Shown: positions 28,001 through 38,612 of the stretch, in pieces
Layout of the letters: the number at the start of each line of letters is the position of its first letter
How positions within the stretch are numbered: the stretch's first letter is position 1
Origin: Lottia gigantea
Taxonomy: Eukaryota
Direction of reading: 5' to 3'
Assembly: GCF_000327385.1 (NCBI RefSeq)
Contig: NW_008709380.1
Span: 1,534,552-1,598,551 of the forward strand
DNA length: 64,000 nucleotides
Notes under the pieces: model-generated
The model's input: the letters and a program-made list of their open reading frames with translations, nothing else
What the model was told of the DNA's origin: nothing
Databases searched by the model: none
Position numbers and translations under genes: made by a program

Positions 28001-30626
28001 CATTTAATGACCTAACTGAATGGGGAGCTTAAATCAACATAGACCCTCAAGTATCATCAATGATGTCTTAAAGAGAAAAGTTAATAGCAGGTTTCGTCCA
28101 ATATTTAAAATAAATCTTGCTAAATTGTTGAATATCAGATTTTAATGCCTGTTAAAAAGTATTTAACTGTCACTCAAAATTTTATGATCTATGACCTTTA
28201 AATTACAAATGATAAAGTGTCCAATAACATAATGCATCACATCATACAGCTCATAAAACACGACGAGCAGTCTATAGAATCCGAACACCTTTCTAATTCA
28301 CGTACTTACTGGATATTTCCTTTTTTTTCTGTGGGTTATTTCCCTTCCACTACGATCTGTAAACATTATTAAGATCTGCAAGTTCCTAATCCGAAATTGC
28401 TCCACCAATCAAGTTATCGAATAATAAATCTTTGTGTGATGAATTGTGTGATAATTATATTACTGAGTACACTTCAACCATGTTTTAATGAGATTTAGCT
28501 ACAATGACCTCATGATGAGCTATTATCTAAAGTGGGAATTTTTCAGACAAGAAATGATTAACCTAGAAAAGAAAAATCAAGAAACCACAAACTTTGTTCT
28601 AATCCTTTGCATCGAACGCTATATCCATGCCGTGAGTGGTTCATAGCTATTTTGGAATATTGTCAGCTAGATAGGTCTGCACTCGTCAAGTGACAATAAG
28701 CAGTTCCACAGTAAATCAGCCTTAACCGTTAGAGACATGTTAAAATTTGGTTTCTTTTCTTGGAATATCTTTGATGCGCGTACTGTGTTAAACGCTTTAC
28801 AGTCGAGGTAATTACAACAGGCAAGGATATAGACAGATGTTCGGATTAATACTTAATATATAAAAATATAAAAAGCCAGACGAAGGCAGAAGTCTATAAA
28901 TCAAAACATGTTAATCCACCTTAAAAAATACTCGTACATTTTTACGATCATTTAGTGAAGAATTTTAATCCTAAATGACTGTCCGATATAAATCATTAAC
29001 AAAGATAGAATACTCATATATCCTACACCTTTTCAAAACACCAATCACTAAATATCTCTTAAACACGATCTGATACAAGGTGAAAAAGGGAAATAAGCCG
29101 AGGTGTATAAAACATTGAATAGATACAATACTGAAACCATAGATAAAGCTTAGTTAGACCATCAAATTTTATCTATATTTTATATCAAAACTCATAAATT
29201 TTAAACGCATTAATAGCATGATTCTAGTTATAAAATAAGGTGGAGATCGGAACCTAACTTTTGCTATGCTATATTATAAGTATAAGGGGGTGAAGGCCGA
29301 CACCGGACAGATTCAGGAAAGCACTGACCGTGGCATCAGAAATTGTCTTAATTAGAGAAAGGTTCGAACCAAAGGCACCGCATCGCATGGCAAACGATAT
29401 TCCAACTCTACGGCTGGGCTATTCTGGGTATAACATGGCTGTAACAATTGCCTAACTTTATTTGACTAGGGATAGTACTTAAGTGGCCCGTAAATTGGCC
29501 TTAAACTGGTCAAAATTTGTTAATTTGCTGAAACTCAAAAAATCTATTTTGGAGATTTATAGGCTAGGTTAAGATTATGACAAGGGAACAAAATGAAAAT
29601 TTTGTAAATCTTACAAAAACACGATAGAACGAATTTACATTGTGCTCCACCCTTTAACAACTTCTTCAGCAAATTCTATACGTATCCTCTTGGCTATGAT
29701 TGATTGTCAGAGAAAAGGATTCTACATTTTTTCTATGAAAAAAAATTCATAGCCATTCTTCGTAACAACTGATAATGTCATCACTGACAACTTTTGTGCT
29801 GGGATAACCCTATGAACATCATCCTTCACGTTCAATACTAGTATTTTCATAAATATTTTTCAATTGATCTTCTGACAATCGGAAACCGGCTGTCTTTCAT
29901 AGAAAGTTATAAACTGTGTGTGTTCTATGAAATGAACATTGTACGTAGCATTATATAGAGCCTCCAATTGTTAGTTGTTGTTTTTTAAGGCTAAAAAACC
30001 CTCTGTATATGCCATATAAAATATTAACAATGTTGTTTTAATTTTAATTTCAATACATAGCACTCAGTTAATATTCATTACAACAAAAATATTGGGACAC
30101 TGTAGAGTACAATGGAAACTCATCAGGATGCCCTTTCATACCTAAATTTCATTGTTTTGTTTTTTCTGGTAAAATACTTTATTTTTTAAACAATGGGTAT
30201 CGTCACTGGCTTCTACGCTACATTTCCAAAAATATGGTTGGTTTAAGAAATCCAACAGGTAAAGGCCAGTAACTCCATTTTTTCATCAACCAATTTATTA
30301 TCAATTTCAAAATTACTGAGTTTCATCACAATCTGATGAAAACTGTATTTCTAATCTAATTTTTGACTCAACCCGCTTCAATCACCTTGTCAGAATCTTA
30401 TAACCAGAAAATAGTGCTCTGATTTTCATAATGGCAAGCTTTTACGGACCATTTTTTCAATAGACTCAGTTGTAAATGGACCATTGTGAAACATAATAGT
30501 CAAGAGATTGAGATCAGGATCAGATTATTGGTGTTCTCCTTGCATGGAGACTTCTATCCTATTTAATAGATCACAAGTAGAAATATAGTCTATTTATCTC
30601 TCTGATCATGACATATAAAACCAACA

Positions 30627-30713
30627 CTATAATTCATTTAAAGGTTCAAGCCCTAATATTCTGAGTCCATGAGCCAATGTTTCACGAGCACAATTGAACA
30701 GTCCTAGCCGGGC
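30627..30713 (-). CDS. RARS2: ArgRS terminal exon (ARLGLFNCARETLAHGLRILGLEPLNEL, stop TAG at 30629-30627)
   Basis: Acceptor tatttctctgtttcag|GCC (phase 0). ARLGLFNCARETLAHGLRILGLEPLNEL aligns residue for residue with the ArgRS C-terminal signature [28 protein letters not shown]. It ends in L rather than the usual terminal M. Confidence 0.75.
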   Translation of the reverse strand, partial: ARLGLFNCARETLAHGLRILGLEPLNEL

Positions 30714-31200
30714 CTGAAACAGAGAAATACTGAGTTAATGAATTAAAGGAATATTGTTTGAAAGTTTCATAGCTTGACCAGGGTATAATTTCGGCATCTT
30801 TGTTTTTTTGTTTTAATCAAAATGACCCAATATTTCCTATGATTAGCCAATTTTAAAATCTATGATGATAATTTGAGAATGAAATCAAATTTTATATTTT
30901 TTGTGACAATTTTCTGCCAAATCTAGAATGATATGACAACTGTCTATGGTCTCTATTACCTTAATAAACTGGCAAGATCTATCTGAAGGCTACAACAGGA
31001 ATATTTTGAAAAGCAAATCAAAATTGAAATTCTGACTAATTTCTAATCAAATTTTTAACCCAAATTGAACCTTGAGATGGACTCTACATTTTTTAAAAAT
31101 TTTGCAAAGTGAGAGTAGCGTTTCAGCGTAGGATTCAGAGGTTGCTTCTAGAGTGAATACAAACAAGACACTAAAAGACAATAATAAAAATTAGTATTAC

Positions 31201-31264
31201 CTCCATTGTCCCTTTGTCTTGACCATTAACCTTCAGTTCAGCATAAGCTGAATTTATTGCATGA
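31201..31264 (-). CDS. RARS2: ArgRS exon (G-HAINSAYAELKVNGQDKGTME)
   Basis: Acceptor atttatttacttcag|T (GG+T = Gly), donor ATGGAG|gtaata (phase 0). Aligns to RARS2 [22 protein letters not shown]. Confidence 0.6.
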
Positions 31265-31688
31265 CTGAAGTAAATAAATTCAAAATATCAATTATTTGAA
31301 GCATTAGCCTCTTTTAAACTAACAAAAAAAAATATTTGTTGCTCTGTTTTAAAAAAATTCTGATTTATCAAAAAATAACTCCAAATGGCAAACTATGATC
31401 TGATTTTATAGAACTTTCATTCATCAAAATGGACTAAATTTTGTGGTTTTAGTCACATATTCACATTGAATTTTGCATCGAATGATAATCTTAAAAATCT
31501 GGCTGTACAAATCCAAATGCAACTAGTAAAAACCTTTGGCGATTTGGTTTTTTGTGATAGTGAAAACAAAATTGGTCTAGCTTTCTGAAAGTACTGGATC
31601 AACAGACATCAATTGAGAAAACCAAATGGTGCAAATATAAGCTTTAAGAAACCATAAACTATTCATCAATCTAAGATAACATACATAC

Positions 31689-31763
31689 CCTAATACAAAA
31701 AGATATTGGACCAATGTATGAGGTTGATACTTATCTAATGCAAGTTGAAGAACATCTGGATAT
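31689..31763 (-). CDS. RARS2: ArgRS DALR-domain exon (R-YPDVLQLALDKYQPHTLVQYLFVL + GG)
   Basis: Acceptor atttatcttttag|A, donor TTAGG|gtatgt (phase 2). Aligns to RARS2 [25 protein letters not shown]. Confidence 0.7.
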
Positions 31764-31924
31764 CTAAAAGATAAATAAATATATTTGATAAACAAGAGTT
31801 TATTCACTGTTCATAAACAATATTAATATTAGTGACCTGAGCTCATTCATGTTTGGTCAAAATCAGTCTTGAAATATAGTTCTGTGTGTCTAAGAAGAAA
31901 TTGCTTTCAACTGATATGCACTAC

Positions 31925-32020
31925 CTTGATAATTGGAATATCAGGAAACAAGCCTTCTCTTCTGGTAATAATTTATAATCTATTGTCTCTATATCATCTA
32001 TTTTCATCTCTTTCTTTAAA
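31925..32020 (-). CDS. RARS2: ArgRS exon (S-LKKEMKIDDIETIDYKLLPEEKACFLIFQLS + AG)
   Basis: Acceptor tgtttttttcag|T completes Ser (human HARLHS). Donor TCAAG|gtagtg. LLPEEKACFLIFQLSR aligns to RARS2 LQEPQSVSILQHLLRFDEV. The intron upstream of this exon holds the 18-bp/~85-bp satellite. Confidence 0.7.
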
Positions 32021-32401
32021 CTGAAAAAAACATAATATTATAAAGTGATATGTGAAACAATGGTGGCACTCGATTGGAGAGTTCTGAACATGTTCCGTCT
32101 GTCCCAAATCTGGCCTCAATAAAATGGTATGGAAGCAGATACGTCAAATTCAAAATTTTTCCATCTATTTCTTTCTCCACCATTTTGAATTCTTCTTCAT
32201 CATATGTTCCAACATGTTTTATGAATGTTTGGTAAATTCTTTAAATCTCGAACGTTCAGAACTCACCAATCAATCAACAGGGGGAATAATCAGAACTCTC
32301 AGGGTCGCTTATTTCTCTTTCACAGAAGTGTACGTCGTATGTACATGACTGAAGATGGGAGTTTCAGCAAGCTGGTCACAGGTATACATGCACAGATTAA
32401 T

Positions 32402-32612
32402 ATGTAAGACCAGTTTACAATGTAAGACCAATTTACAATGTAAGAACAGTTTACAATGTAAGACCAGTTTACAATGTAAGAACAGTTTACAATGTAAGAC
32501 CAGTTTACACTGTAAGACCAGTTTACCCTGTAAGACCAGTTTACAATGTCAGAAAAGTTTACAATGTAAGAACAGTTTACAATGTAAGAACAGTTTACAG
32601 TTTACAAATACA
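32402..32612. repeat. 18-bp satellite (TGTAAGACCAGTTTACAA) x ~12, lying in a RARS2 intron
   Basis: Direct reading. The 18-bp period is a multiple of 3, which gives the artefactual CKTSLQ-repeat ORF 32355-32615. Confidence 0.9.
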
Positions 32613-32995
32613 TAAATAGTGTTTACTTTGTAAGTACTGTTTACTCTTTAAGTAGTTTTTAATTACAATTCAATAAAAAGATCAATCTGTAAGAACAGTT
32701 TACAATGTAAGTAGTGTGTACTCTGCAAGTATAGTTTACTGAGTAAGTACAATTCATGTAAAACGATTAATCTGTAAGATCAGTTTACAATGTAAGTTGT
32801 GTTTACTCTACAAGTACAGTTTACAAAGTGAGTAAATTCATGTAAAAAGATTAATCTGTAAGAACAGTTTAAAGTGAAAGTAGTGTTTACTCTACTAGTA
32901 CAGTTTACAGAGTAAGTACAATTCATGTAAAAAGATTAATCTGTAAGAACAGTTTACAGTCTAAGTAGTGTTTACTCTGCAAGTTAAGTTACAAT
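32613..32995. repeat. ~85-bp higher-order repeat x ~4.5, built from the same GTTTAC/TGTAAG sub-motifs as the adjacent 18-bp array
   Basis: The landmark AATCTGTAAG recurs at 32684, 32769, 32853 and 32938 (period 84-85 bp). Each unit reads TTAATCTGTAAGAACAGTTTACAATGTAAGTAGTGTTTACTCTGCAAGTACAGTTTAC(A/T)GAGTAAGTACAATTCATGTAAAAAGA. Confidence 0.85.
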
Positions 32996-33081
32996 CAATG
33001 TACTTAACTCTTGTTCAATAGAAGACAGTAATTTGAAATCAAATCCATGACCAACTTAAATGTATCTCTGTTAAAATTTAC

Positions 33082-33262
33082 CTGTATAATCTGGCATGAC
33101 AATACTGTAAAAATAAGCCAGAATCTGCTTTTAAATTCACAAACTTTTCCAAATTAAAATCATAGCTTCTTCGTCTTGATGATGATAAGTATTGAACAAC
33201 TACTGATGATAATGCAAGATGATCAGCAATTTTGTCAAATTCATCCATGTTGATTTTAGTAG
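33082..33262 (-). CDS. RARS2: ArgRS exon (T-TKINMDEFDKIADHLALSSVVVQYLSSSRRRSYDFNLEKFVNLKADSGLFLQYCHARLY + AG)
   Basis: Acceptor atctttttcag|CT (phase 1), donor TACAG|gtaaat (phase 2). DSGLFLQYCHARL aligns to RARS2 DTGVFLQYTHARL, and VVQYLSSSRRRSYDF to IIQDFKGLLLSDYKF. Confidence 0.8.
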
Positions 33263-33566
33263 CTGAAAAAGATGATTGTTTTTATAAAGACAATTCAAAT
33301 TGACATATTATCAATATCTCTATTTCTTAGAGTTTAATTCCTCCACACAAGATAAATATTAATATACCCTATGACTGTTGACACATGTTTTGTGGTTAAC
33401 TGTCATTTCCTGTCCAACTGCTTGGAACAGACATATCATGTGAATGCAATAGAGACTGAAGTTTGGATATTTTTAAGTTTGTTTCAATTGGTCATCTTTG
33501 TGTTATTGCCTTTAACTTGACTTGTCTATGACAATGCAAAAGCAGTTGTTAGATTTTGCAACTCAC

Positions 33567-33700
33567 TTTCAGAAGATTCGATAATCTTTCGAGCTTCATT
33601 CTTGGCTGTATTCAACACCTCTTCTAAAAATACTGCGTTACCCTTTCTTGTACTGATACCAAATATTTTACCAAACATGAGGTGAAACTCGTGTTTTTGT
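33567..33700 (-). CDS. RARS2: ArgRS exon (I-QKHEFHLMFGKIFGISTRKGNAVFLEEVLNTAKNEARKIIESSE + A)
   Basis: The acceptor ttttttgtag|A is formed by the terminal unit of the 14-bp satellite. Donor GAAA|gtgagt (phase 1). HLMFGKIFGISTRKGNAVFLEEVLN aligns to RARS2 [25 protein letters not shown]. Confidence 0.75.
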
Positions 33701-33701
33701 C

Positions 33702-34070
33702 TACAAAAAATAAAACTACAAGTAACAAACTACAAATAACAATCTACATACAACAAACTACAAATAACAAACTACAAATAACAATCTACATATAACAAAC
33801 TACAAAAAACAAAATACATATAACAAACTACAAACAACAAACTACAAATAACAATCTACATATAACAAACTACAGATAACAAACTACAAATAACAATCTA
33901 CTGAATCTACAAATAACAATCTACAAATAACAAACTACAAATAACAATCTACTGAATCTACAAATAACAATATACAAATATCAAACTACAAATAACAATC
34001 TACAAATAACAATCTACTGAATCTACAAATAACAATCTACAAATAACAAACTACACACATACAAACTCTA
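33702..34070. repeat. 14-bp satellite (ACAAACTACAAATA / ACAATCTACAAATA) x ~26 in a RARS2 intron; on the gene strand it reads TATTTGTAGTTTGT
   Basis: Direct reading. There is an occasional CTGAATCTACAAATA variant. The last unit supplies the 3' splice site of exon 33700. Confidence 0.9.
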
Positions 34071-34181
34071 CACATGTCCATGAACCCTCTACAAATGAAA
34101 ATTCCACCCTTTGAAAACACTGGACAGGTACACACATAAAAACTCTATGCTGTGCTGTTTTTAATATGCATGTTAACTTAC

Positions 34182-34261
34182 ATGTTCTGCAAAATATCTG
34201 GATATAACATATTTAAACTTATGTAAAGATTTCTAAAATGTGCTGCTTGATCTTCACTAAC
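34182..34261 (-). CDS. RARS2: ArgRS exon (VSEDQAAHFRNLYISLNMLYPDILQN + AT)
   Basis: Acceptor tttcttgtttattttag|GTTAGT (phase 0), donor AACAT|gtaagt (phase 2). Aligns to RARS2 [28 protein letters not shown]. Confidence 0.6.
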
Positions 34262-34542
34262 CTAAAATAAACAAGAAAAATATCAAAACCTTGTTTAGTT
34301 TTACTTTATATTTGACTGACAACAACTGACAGTTGACAGTAATAAACTCTCAATTACATAAATTAACAACAGTACAATTCTTCCACCATCAAAACTATTT
34401 TGACAAAAGACAAAGGATGGTATTTCATGTTCACTATACACGACTAGTGGTATTGTTGATACCAACCTAAAATCTCAGCCTTTTTCTGTTTGAAATCACA
34501 ATTCAATCACCACATAGGGTGTATAAAAACTGATTAGCTTAC

Positions 34543-34603
34543 CACATAATGAATTTTATCAAAATTATATTTTTCATATCTATCTACAGCTGCTACTATG
34601 TCT
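34543..34603 (-). CDS. RARS2: ArgRS exon (R-DIVAAVDRYEKYNFDKIHYV)
   Basis: Acceptor taatatttcag|A, donor TATGTG|gtaagc. Aligns to RARS2 [21 protein letters not shown]. Confidence 0.8.
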
Positions 34604-34755
34604 CTGAAATATTATAAAACAATTCATTAATGTTTGAAATATCTGAATGTACACATCAAATCTATTTATCTAAATATATATATCCAGTCCAATCATTTCA
34701 ATCAGTCCATGTCTTCTGCTTGTGCCGTGTGAAGATATTCAGTATTATTCAGAAA

Positions 34756-35118
34756 TGAATGGAGTTTTACATCCTACTTTTCTGCACCTAATGGGCTAAT
34801 GAAGATAGGCAACGCAGTGTGTAATGAGGGAAAATTTTACAGGAAAGTGGTTTAGCTTACTCTTTCTAGATTTCCAACTGTAGAGGGGCCTCTAACATGC
34901 ACAGCACATGGGGCTTCAGTTTATTGTCCAGAATTCAATATGCTTTTTCCATGTCAGCCCCTCTGACCTGCATCAATGACTATGGGAAGCCAAGTTGAAA
35001 AATCTGGGATTATCTGGATCTATGCTGGTATTTAATACATCTACTTGTAGTGTACACCCTCACTTAGTACATCAAGTTGATTGACATATGAACCCCACCT
35101 CTGCCAGTGACAACAGAA
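34756..35118 (+). mobile_element. SINE-like dispersed repeat, family A, near-full copy in a RARS2 intron
   Basis: The head GAATGGAGTTTTACATCCTACTTTTCTGCACCTAATGGGCTAATGAAGATAGGCAACGCAGTGTGTAATGAGGG is shared with the copies at 40489 and 56085. The body …TTAGCTTACTCTTTC…GTTTATTGTCCA is shared with 56130-56220. Confidence 0.6.
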
Positions 35119-35124
35119 ACATAC

Positions 35125-35217
35125 CTTGTTAAATATAAGGATGAACCGTCACTCTTCTTAATATATATTGTATATTCCTTATCACCTTTTTGAGACACAA
35201 GAGCACCCATACCGTTC
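35125..35217 (-). CDS. RARS2: ArgRS exon (R-NGMGALVSQKGDKEYTIYIKKSDGSSLYLT + AG)
   Basis: Acceptor ttgtttatag|G, donor ACAAG|gtatgt. KKSDGSSLYLTRD matches RARS2 MRSDGTSLYATRD. Confidence 0.75.
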
Positions 35218-35400
35218 CTATAAACAATCAAATTATTAGTTTATGATTCTAAAAAATCTAAAAAAAATTGTTTTTGGACATAAAGATTCATAGTGGTGAT
35301 AGCAACTAGAAAACAGAATCTTATTTTACTGGTTAGTGGAGCAGGTTGTTTTGTGAGCAAGCTTCTAGAATGAACTTATCAATTCAAATGCTGTTATTAC

Positions 35401-35504
35401 CTTTCCTTTAGCTTGCCTTGTTCATTGAGGTCTTTTACTAACTGTCGAGCTCTCTCTCTATACATAGACTCAGTATGTGTTTCATCAAATTCAATTCCTA
35501 ATCT
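35401..35504 (-). CDS. RARS2: ArgRS exon (RLGIEFDETHTESMYRERARQLVKDLNEQGKLKE + AG)
   Basis: Acceptor atatttgtag|AGATTA, donor GAAAG|gtaata (phase 2). Aligns to RARS2 [34 protein letters not shown]. Confidence 0.75.
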
Positions 35505-35858
35505 CTACAAATATAAAATAATATTCTGAAGATTCTTGTATATAAATGATAAACCAAGTTTACGTTAATAGTTTTCCTATGATTTATTAATGATGTAAAA
35601 GTGTTTTTATATTAAAATATAAAATTTTAGATTTTAAAAAGATAAAAGCACTTTTATTTGAAATTCAATTCCAGTGTAAATTCATTTGTGTAAGCCGAAT
35701 ACAACCAAATACACAGCCATCTCTTCTCACCTTTCAACAATAAACTCATCACATCATAAAGCATTCAAAGGACTTAACTTATGCAGGCATATATAGAACA
35801 CTGGGCCAACTCTCGATAGTACTGGCCATGGCATCAGAATTTTTTAAGGTGTACATAC

Positions 35859-35938
35859 CTTGTACATTTTATCATATTCTGATCGAGATATATCACACAA
35901 TCTCTTCCATAATGTTTCAAATTCTTCTACTCTTTCTC
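35859..35938 (-). CDS. RARS2: ArgRS exon (GERVEEFETLWKRLCDISRSEYDKMYK)
   Basis: Acceptor acatttgtag|GA, donor TACAAG|gtatgt. Aligns to RARS2 [27 protein letters not shown]. Confidence 0.75.
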
Positions 35939-36302
35939 CTACAAATGTAAAGTTTTCAGTCACAAGTTAAGTTTATGTCCAGTCCCTATTTAATAATATG
36001 AACATATGCTACATTGAAAACCTTGTTTTATCAAACGGAGTAATTTTTTGAAAATAGAAAACTACTCCATTGTTAAATTTAGAAGAGTTGCAAAAGCTAG
36101 AATCTAATTCAAAATCTCCTAAAACTATTTAACTATTAATAACATTAAGATAAAAAAAACTGGACATTTTTCATTCTTATATCAAGGATGTATGCCTTAG
36201 GGTTTTTGGACTAGAGTTGTTTTATCACGAAAATTCTCAAAAAAAAAATTTCATTTGAACATCTGTATCTTATGATGTATAAGACATACAATAATAATTT
36301 AC

Positions 36303-36411
36303 CACTATCAATTCTTTGATAAAGTTCTTTAGTTTCTGTATATGTAGGAGTTAATCTGCCATCATCTCCACCTGCTTCCTCATCTATTTTATTGTGAATT
36401 TCAACGTACAC
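36303..36411 (-). CDS. RARS2: ArgRS exon (VYVEIHNKIDEEAGGDDGRLTPTYTETKELYQRIDS + G)
   Basis: Acceptor tttcgaaaatttcag|GTGTAC, donor AGTG|gtaaat (phase 1). Aligns to RARS2 [29 protein letters not shown]. Confidence 0.75.
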
Positions 36412-36414
36412 CTG

Positions 36415-36710
36415 AAATTTTCGAAAATGTGGTTAAAAATATCACTTTTTTACAAATCTGGTTAAAAATCTAAAGTTTTCAAAGTGTGGTTAAAAATATA
36501 AATTTGTTTTCAAATGTGGTTAAAAATTTCACGTTTTCAAAATGTGGCTAAAAATATCAAATTTTTACAAATCTGGCTAGAATCTAAAGTTTTCCAATTT
36601 GGTTAAAAATGTCAAATTGAAACAAATCTAGTTAAAAATTTAAAGTTTTCAAAATGTGGTTAAAAATATAAATTTTTTACAAATCTGGTTTAAAATCAAT
36701 ACTGTGTTTA
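36415..36710. repeat. ~31-bp subunit / ~62-bp dimeric tandem array (…TGTGGTTAAAAATATCAAATTTTTACAAATCTGGTTAAAAATCTAAAGTTTTCAAAA…) x ~9 subunits, in a RARS2 intron
   Basis: GGTTAAAAAT recurs at 30-32 bp spacing. The flanks alternate between ATGTGG… and AATCTGG…. Confidence 0.85.
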
Positions 36711-37179
36711 GAGATATAGACATCATATTATTGGCTTCTTCAGATCAAGTTTCTTTCAGAGGAATACAACTTCTTAGAATAAACATACAATTTAAATTCT
36801 CAAACTCAATAAGAGTATATATTATCTATCAGTAGATTAATTGGTGCCATATCAATATCTCTGTATAATTCAATAAATTCAAAAAACTAAATAATTATTG
36901 AAAAATGATTAAAACCTACTTACAACTTTAGAAATATTTTTAATTATTACTTAATTAATTTTATGAGATTATCGAATTCAAGGGATTCTGTTGTATATTT
37001 ATGACACCAGGTATGTCCACTGATGAATATTTCCTCTTTGGTTCAAGTTTGAGAATTATATTCATTTTAAGAGTATTCATGTTTTCATGCTACACATGAA
37101 TACATTAAATGAAAGAATGACAAAAATGTGCAGTAACTTTAACATTTATTTTTATTTTCAAAATCCATAAAATATGTAC

Positions 37180-37256
37180 CTCATATAAATGCTTTAATGG
37201 ATCTGCTTGTAATTTTTCTTCACTACCATATCTTTGAAATGCCACACACAACAAAA
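37180..37256 (-). CDS. RARS2: ArgRS exon (VLLCVAFQRYGSEEKLQADPLKHLYE)
   Basis: FQRYGSEEKLQADPLKHLYEV matches RARS2 [21 protein letters not shown]. Donor TATGAG|gtacat. The acceptor atag|TT at 37257/37256 is inferred from phase and length conservation (12 residues between GDxGxQ and EEKLQ, as in human). Confidence 0.7.
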
Positions 37257-37699
37257 CTATATCAAATATAACGGTATTGAATATATAATTCAGCTTTCCA
37301 TCATTAATGTCCCTTAGCACACTTCTTTAAACAAACGAACCTGTCTTGAAATGTAGACATGAGAAAAAGTTCTACTTGTCCAACTTCAGTAGAGACGCAG
37401 GCTGAAAATAAGCCAGTTGTCTAAAGATCACATAGCGTGAAACTCTGAGTAACAACATGATTCAATTTCTGTTTTAATATTTCTATATCACTTTACAATT
37501 GATGTATTGAGCACTACTTTAACAGTGAAAATATTTGTAAGTTGGCATATGTCACACAATAAATTTTAAAGAATATTCAATGAAAGTGACTTCTGTCAGT
37601 AACGAAGGGTGTAAAAAAAATTTAAAAGAATCACAAACAGAGGTTTGTTCAGTGATATATGGTATAACAATGCAATGAAATTTGACCTATGCTCTTACA

Positions 37700-37800
37700 G
37701 GGCTAAAATGAAATGCTATGCAGTGTGGAATGAGAAAATTCTGACAAGGACAGTACCACAGGCTGCAATGTTTTCCATTACCATTTGTTAACAACACTAT
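37700..37800 (+). mobile_element. SINE-like family A fragment (GCTATGCAGTGTGGAATGAGAAAATT…GTTTTCCATTACC)
   Basis: It shares the CAGTGTG(C/G/T)AATGA(G/T)G core and the downstream TTTTCCAT segment. It lies just 3' of the HIGH-motif exon. Confidence 0.35.
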
Positions 37801-37859
37801 ACATAGAAATAATAGACTGATGCTTCCCTTTCAACCAGCTAATAGTAAAAAATACGAAC

Positions 37860-37999
37860 CAACTTGTAAACCATGATCTCCTAGATAATTCAGTCGAACA
37901 ACATCATGGTTAAATGTTTTATAAAGGTTAGACAAACAATTGCCTAATACTGTAGAGTGTAGATGACCAACGTGGAAAGGTTTGGCTATGTTTGGTGAA
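37860..37999 (-). CDS. RARS2: ArgRS catalytic exon carrying the class-I HIGH motif ([47 protein letters not shown])
   Basis: Acceptor ctatctttccattacag|T completes the Ser codon left open by the previous exon. [17 protein letters not shown]...RLNYLGDHG closely matches ArgRS SSPNVAKKFHVGHLRST...RINYLGDWG. Donor GTTG|gttcgt is weak; an alternative is CAA|gttggt at 37864. Phase 1 is required by the next exon. Confidence 0.8.
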
Positions 38000-38523
38000 C
38001 TGTAATGGAAAGATAGCCTGCCAACCAAAGCAAGATAACCGAATGCCCAAAGCAGTACCAAAACCATAGTTTCAATCCTTTTTACTTTAAATTTGAAAAG
38101 GACCACTTCTTGTTGCTATGCTGCATATGCATCAGAGATTAACAAACATCAGAAAACTCTCGCTGATGGGTAGTCAGTTACAAAACAGATGGGGGGACTA
38201 CTGTCAAGGTTTAATTGAAAATGTAGCAGATCCATGGATGCTTCATGGACACATGCCTCTCATGAAATGCCTGAAGGGTTCTACCGCCAACAAAAATTAT
38301 TTCATTCTGACACATAATTTTGGGCAAAATCGTATAAAATTCAAATCTTTGAATTTGTAAGAAGGCAGGGTGCAAACCATTTTTCTAGACTCCCCCGCCA
38401 CTCTCAACACCCCCCCCCTCCTCTCTTGTAGACCAACTTGTGTGGCCACTGTATGGCTTTATAACAAATTGTGTCATCTTTTGTGGGAATATAAACAGAA
38501 GAGAGGCAAACATTTAAACTAAC

Positions 38524-38612
38524 CTAAACTCAACCACAATTTTTTTCTTCTCAATATCTAAGTCACCTTTGTTGTAAATTGGTCCATTTTTGACAATTGA
38601 TTCTAAAATTGA
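38524..38612 (-). CDS. RARS2: ArgRS exon (SILESIVKNGPIYNKGDLDIEKKKIVVEF + AG)
   Basis: Acceptor ttttgattacag|TCA, donor TTTAG|gttagt (phase 2). KKKIVVEF+S aligns exactly to RARS2 QKKIVVEFSSPNVAK. Confidence 0.75.

Noticed and set aside
30218-30300. Minus-strand frame ending …PTIFLEM* as the ArgRS last exon (attractive because of the terminal EM)
   Set aside because: The upstream residues (INWLMKKWSYWPLPVGF) do not match the DALR C-terminus. The 30627-30713 exon matches 20 of 28 positions.
32100-32220. Minus-strand open frame (GTYDEEEFKMVEKEIDGKILNLTYLLPYHFIEA) as an alternative DALR exon
   Set aside because: It gave a weaker alignment and inconsistent phase. The exons 31925-32020 and 31689-31763 fit both homology and phase.
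32355-32615. 86-aa ORF with a perfect (CKTSLQ)n repeat peptide
   Set aside because: It is the 18-bp satellite read in frame (18 = 6 codons). It lies in a RARS2 intron on the opposite strand to the gene. There is no start context.
4621-36710. CRISPR-like regular direct repeats (several arrays)
   Set aside because: This is a eukaryotic intron-bearing locus. The arrays have no unique spacers of fixed length (the units are contiguous or the variable parts are degenerate copies). These are satellites or minisatellites.
38118-38360. 80-aa plus-strand ORF next to the ArgRS HIGH exon
   Set aside because: It is on the opposite strand of a well-supported exon/intron region. No homology.
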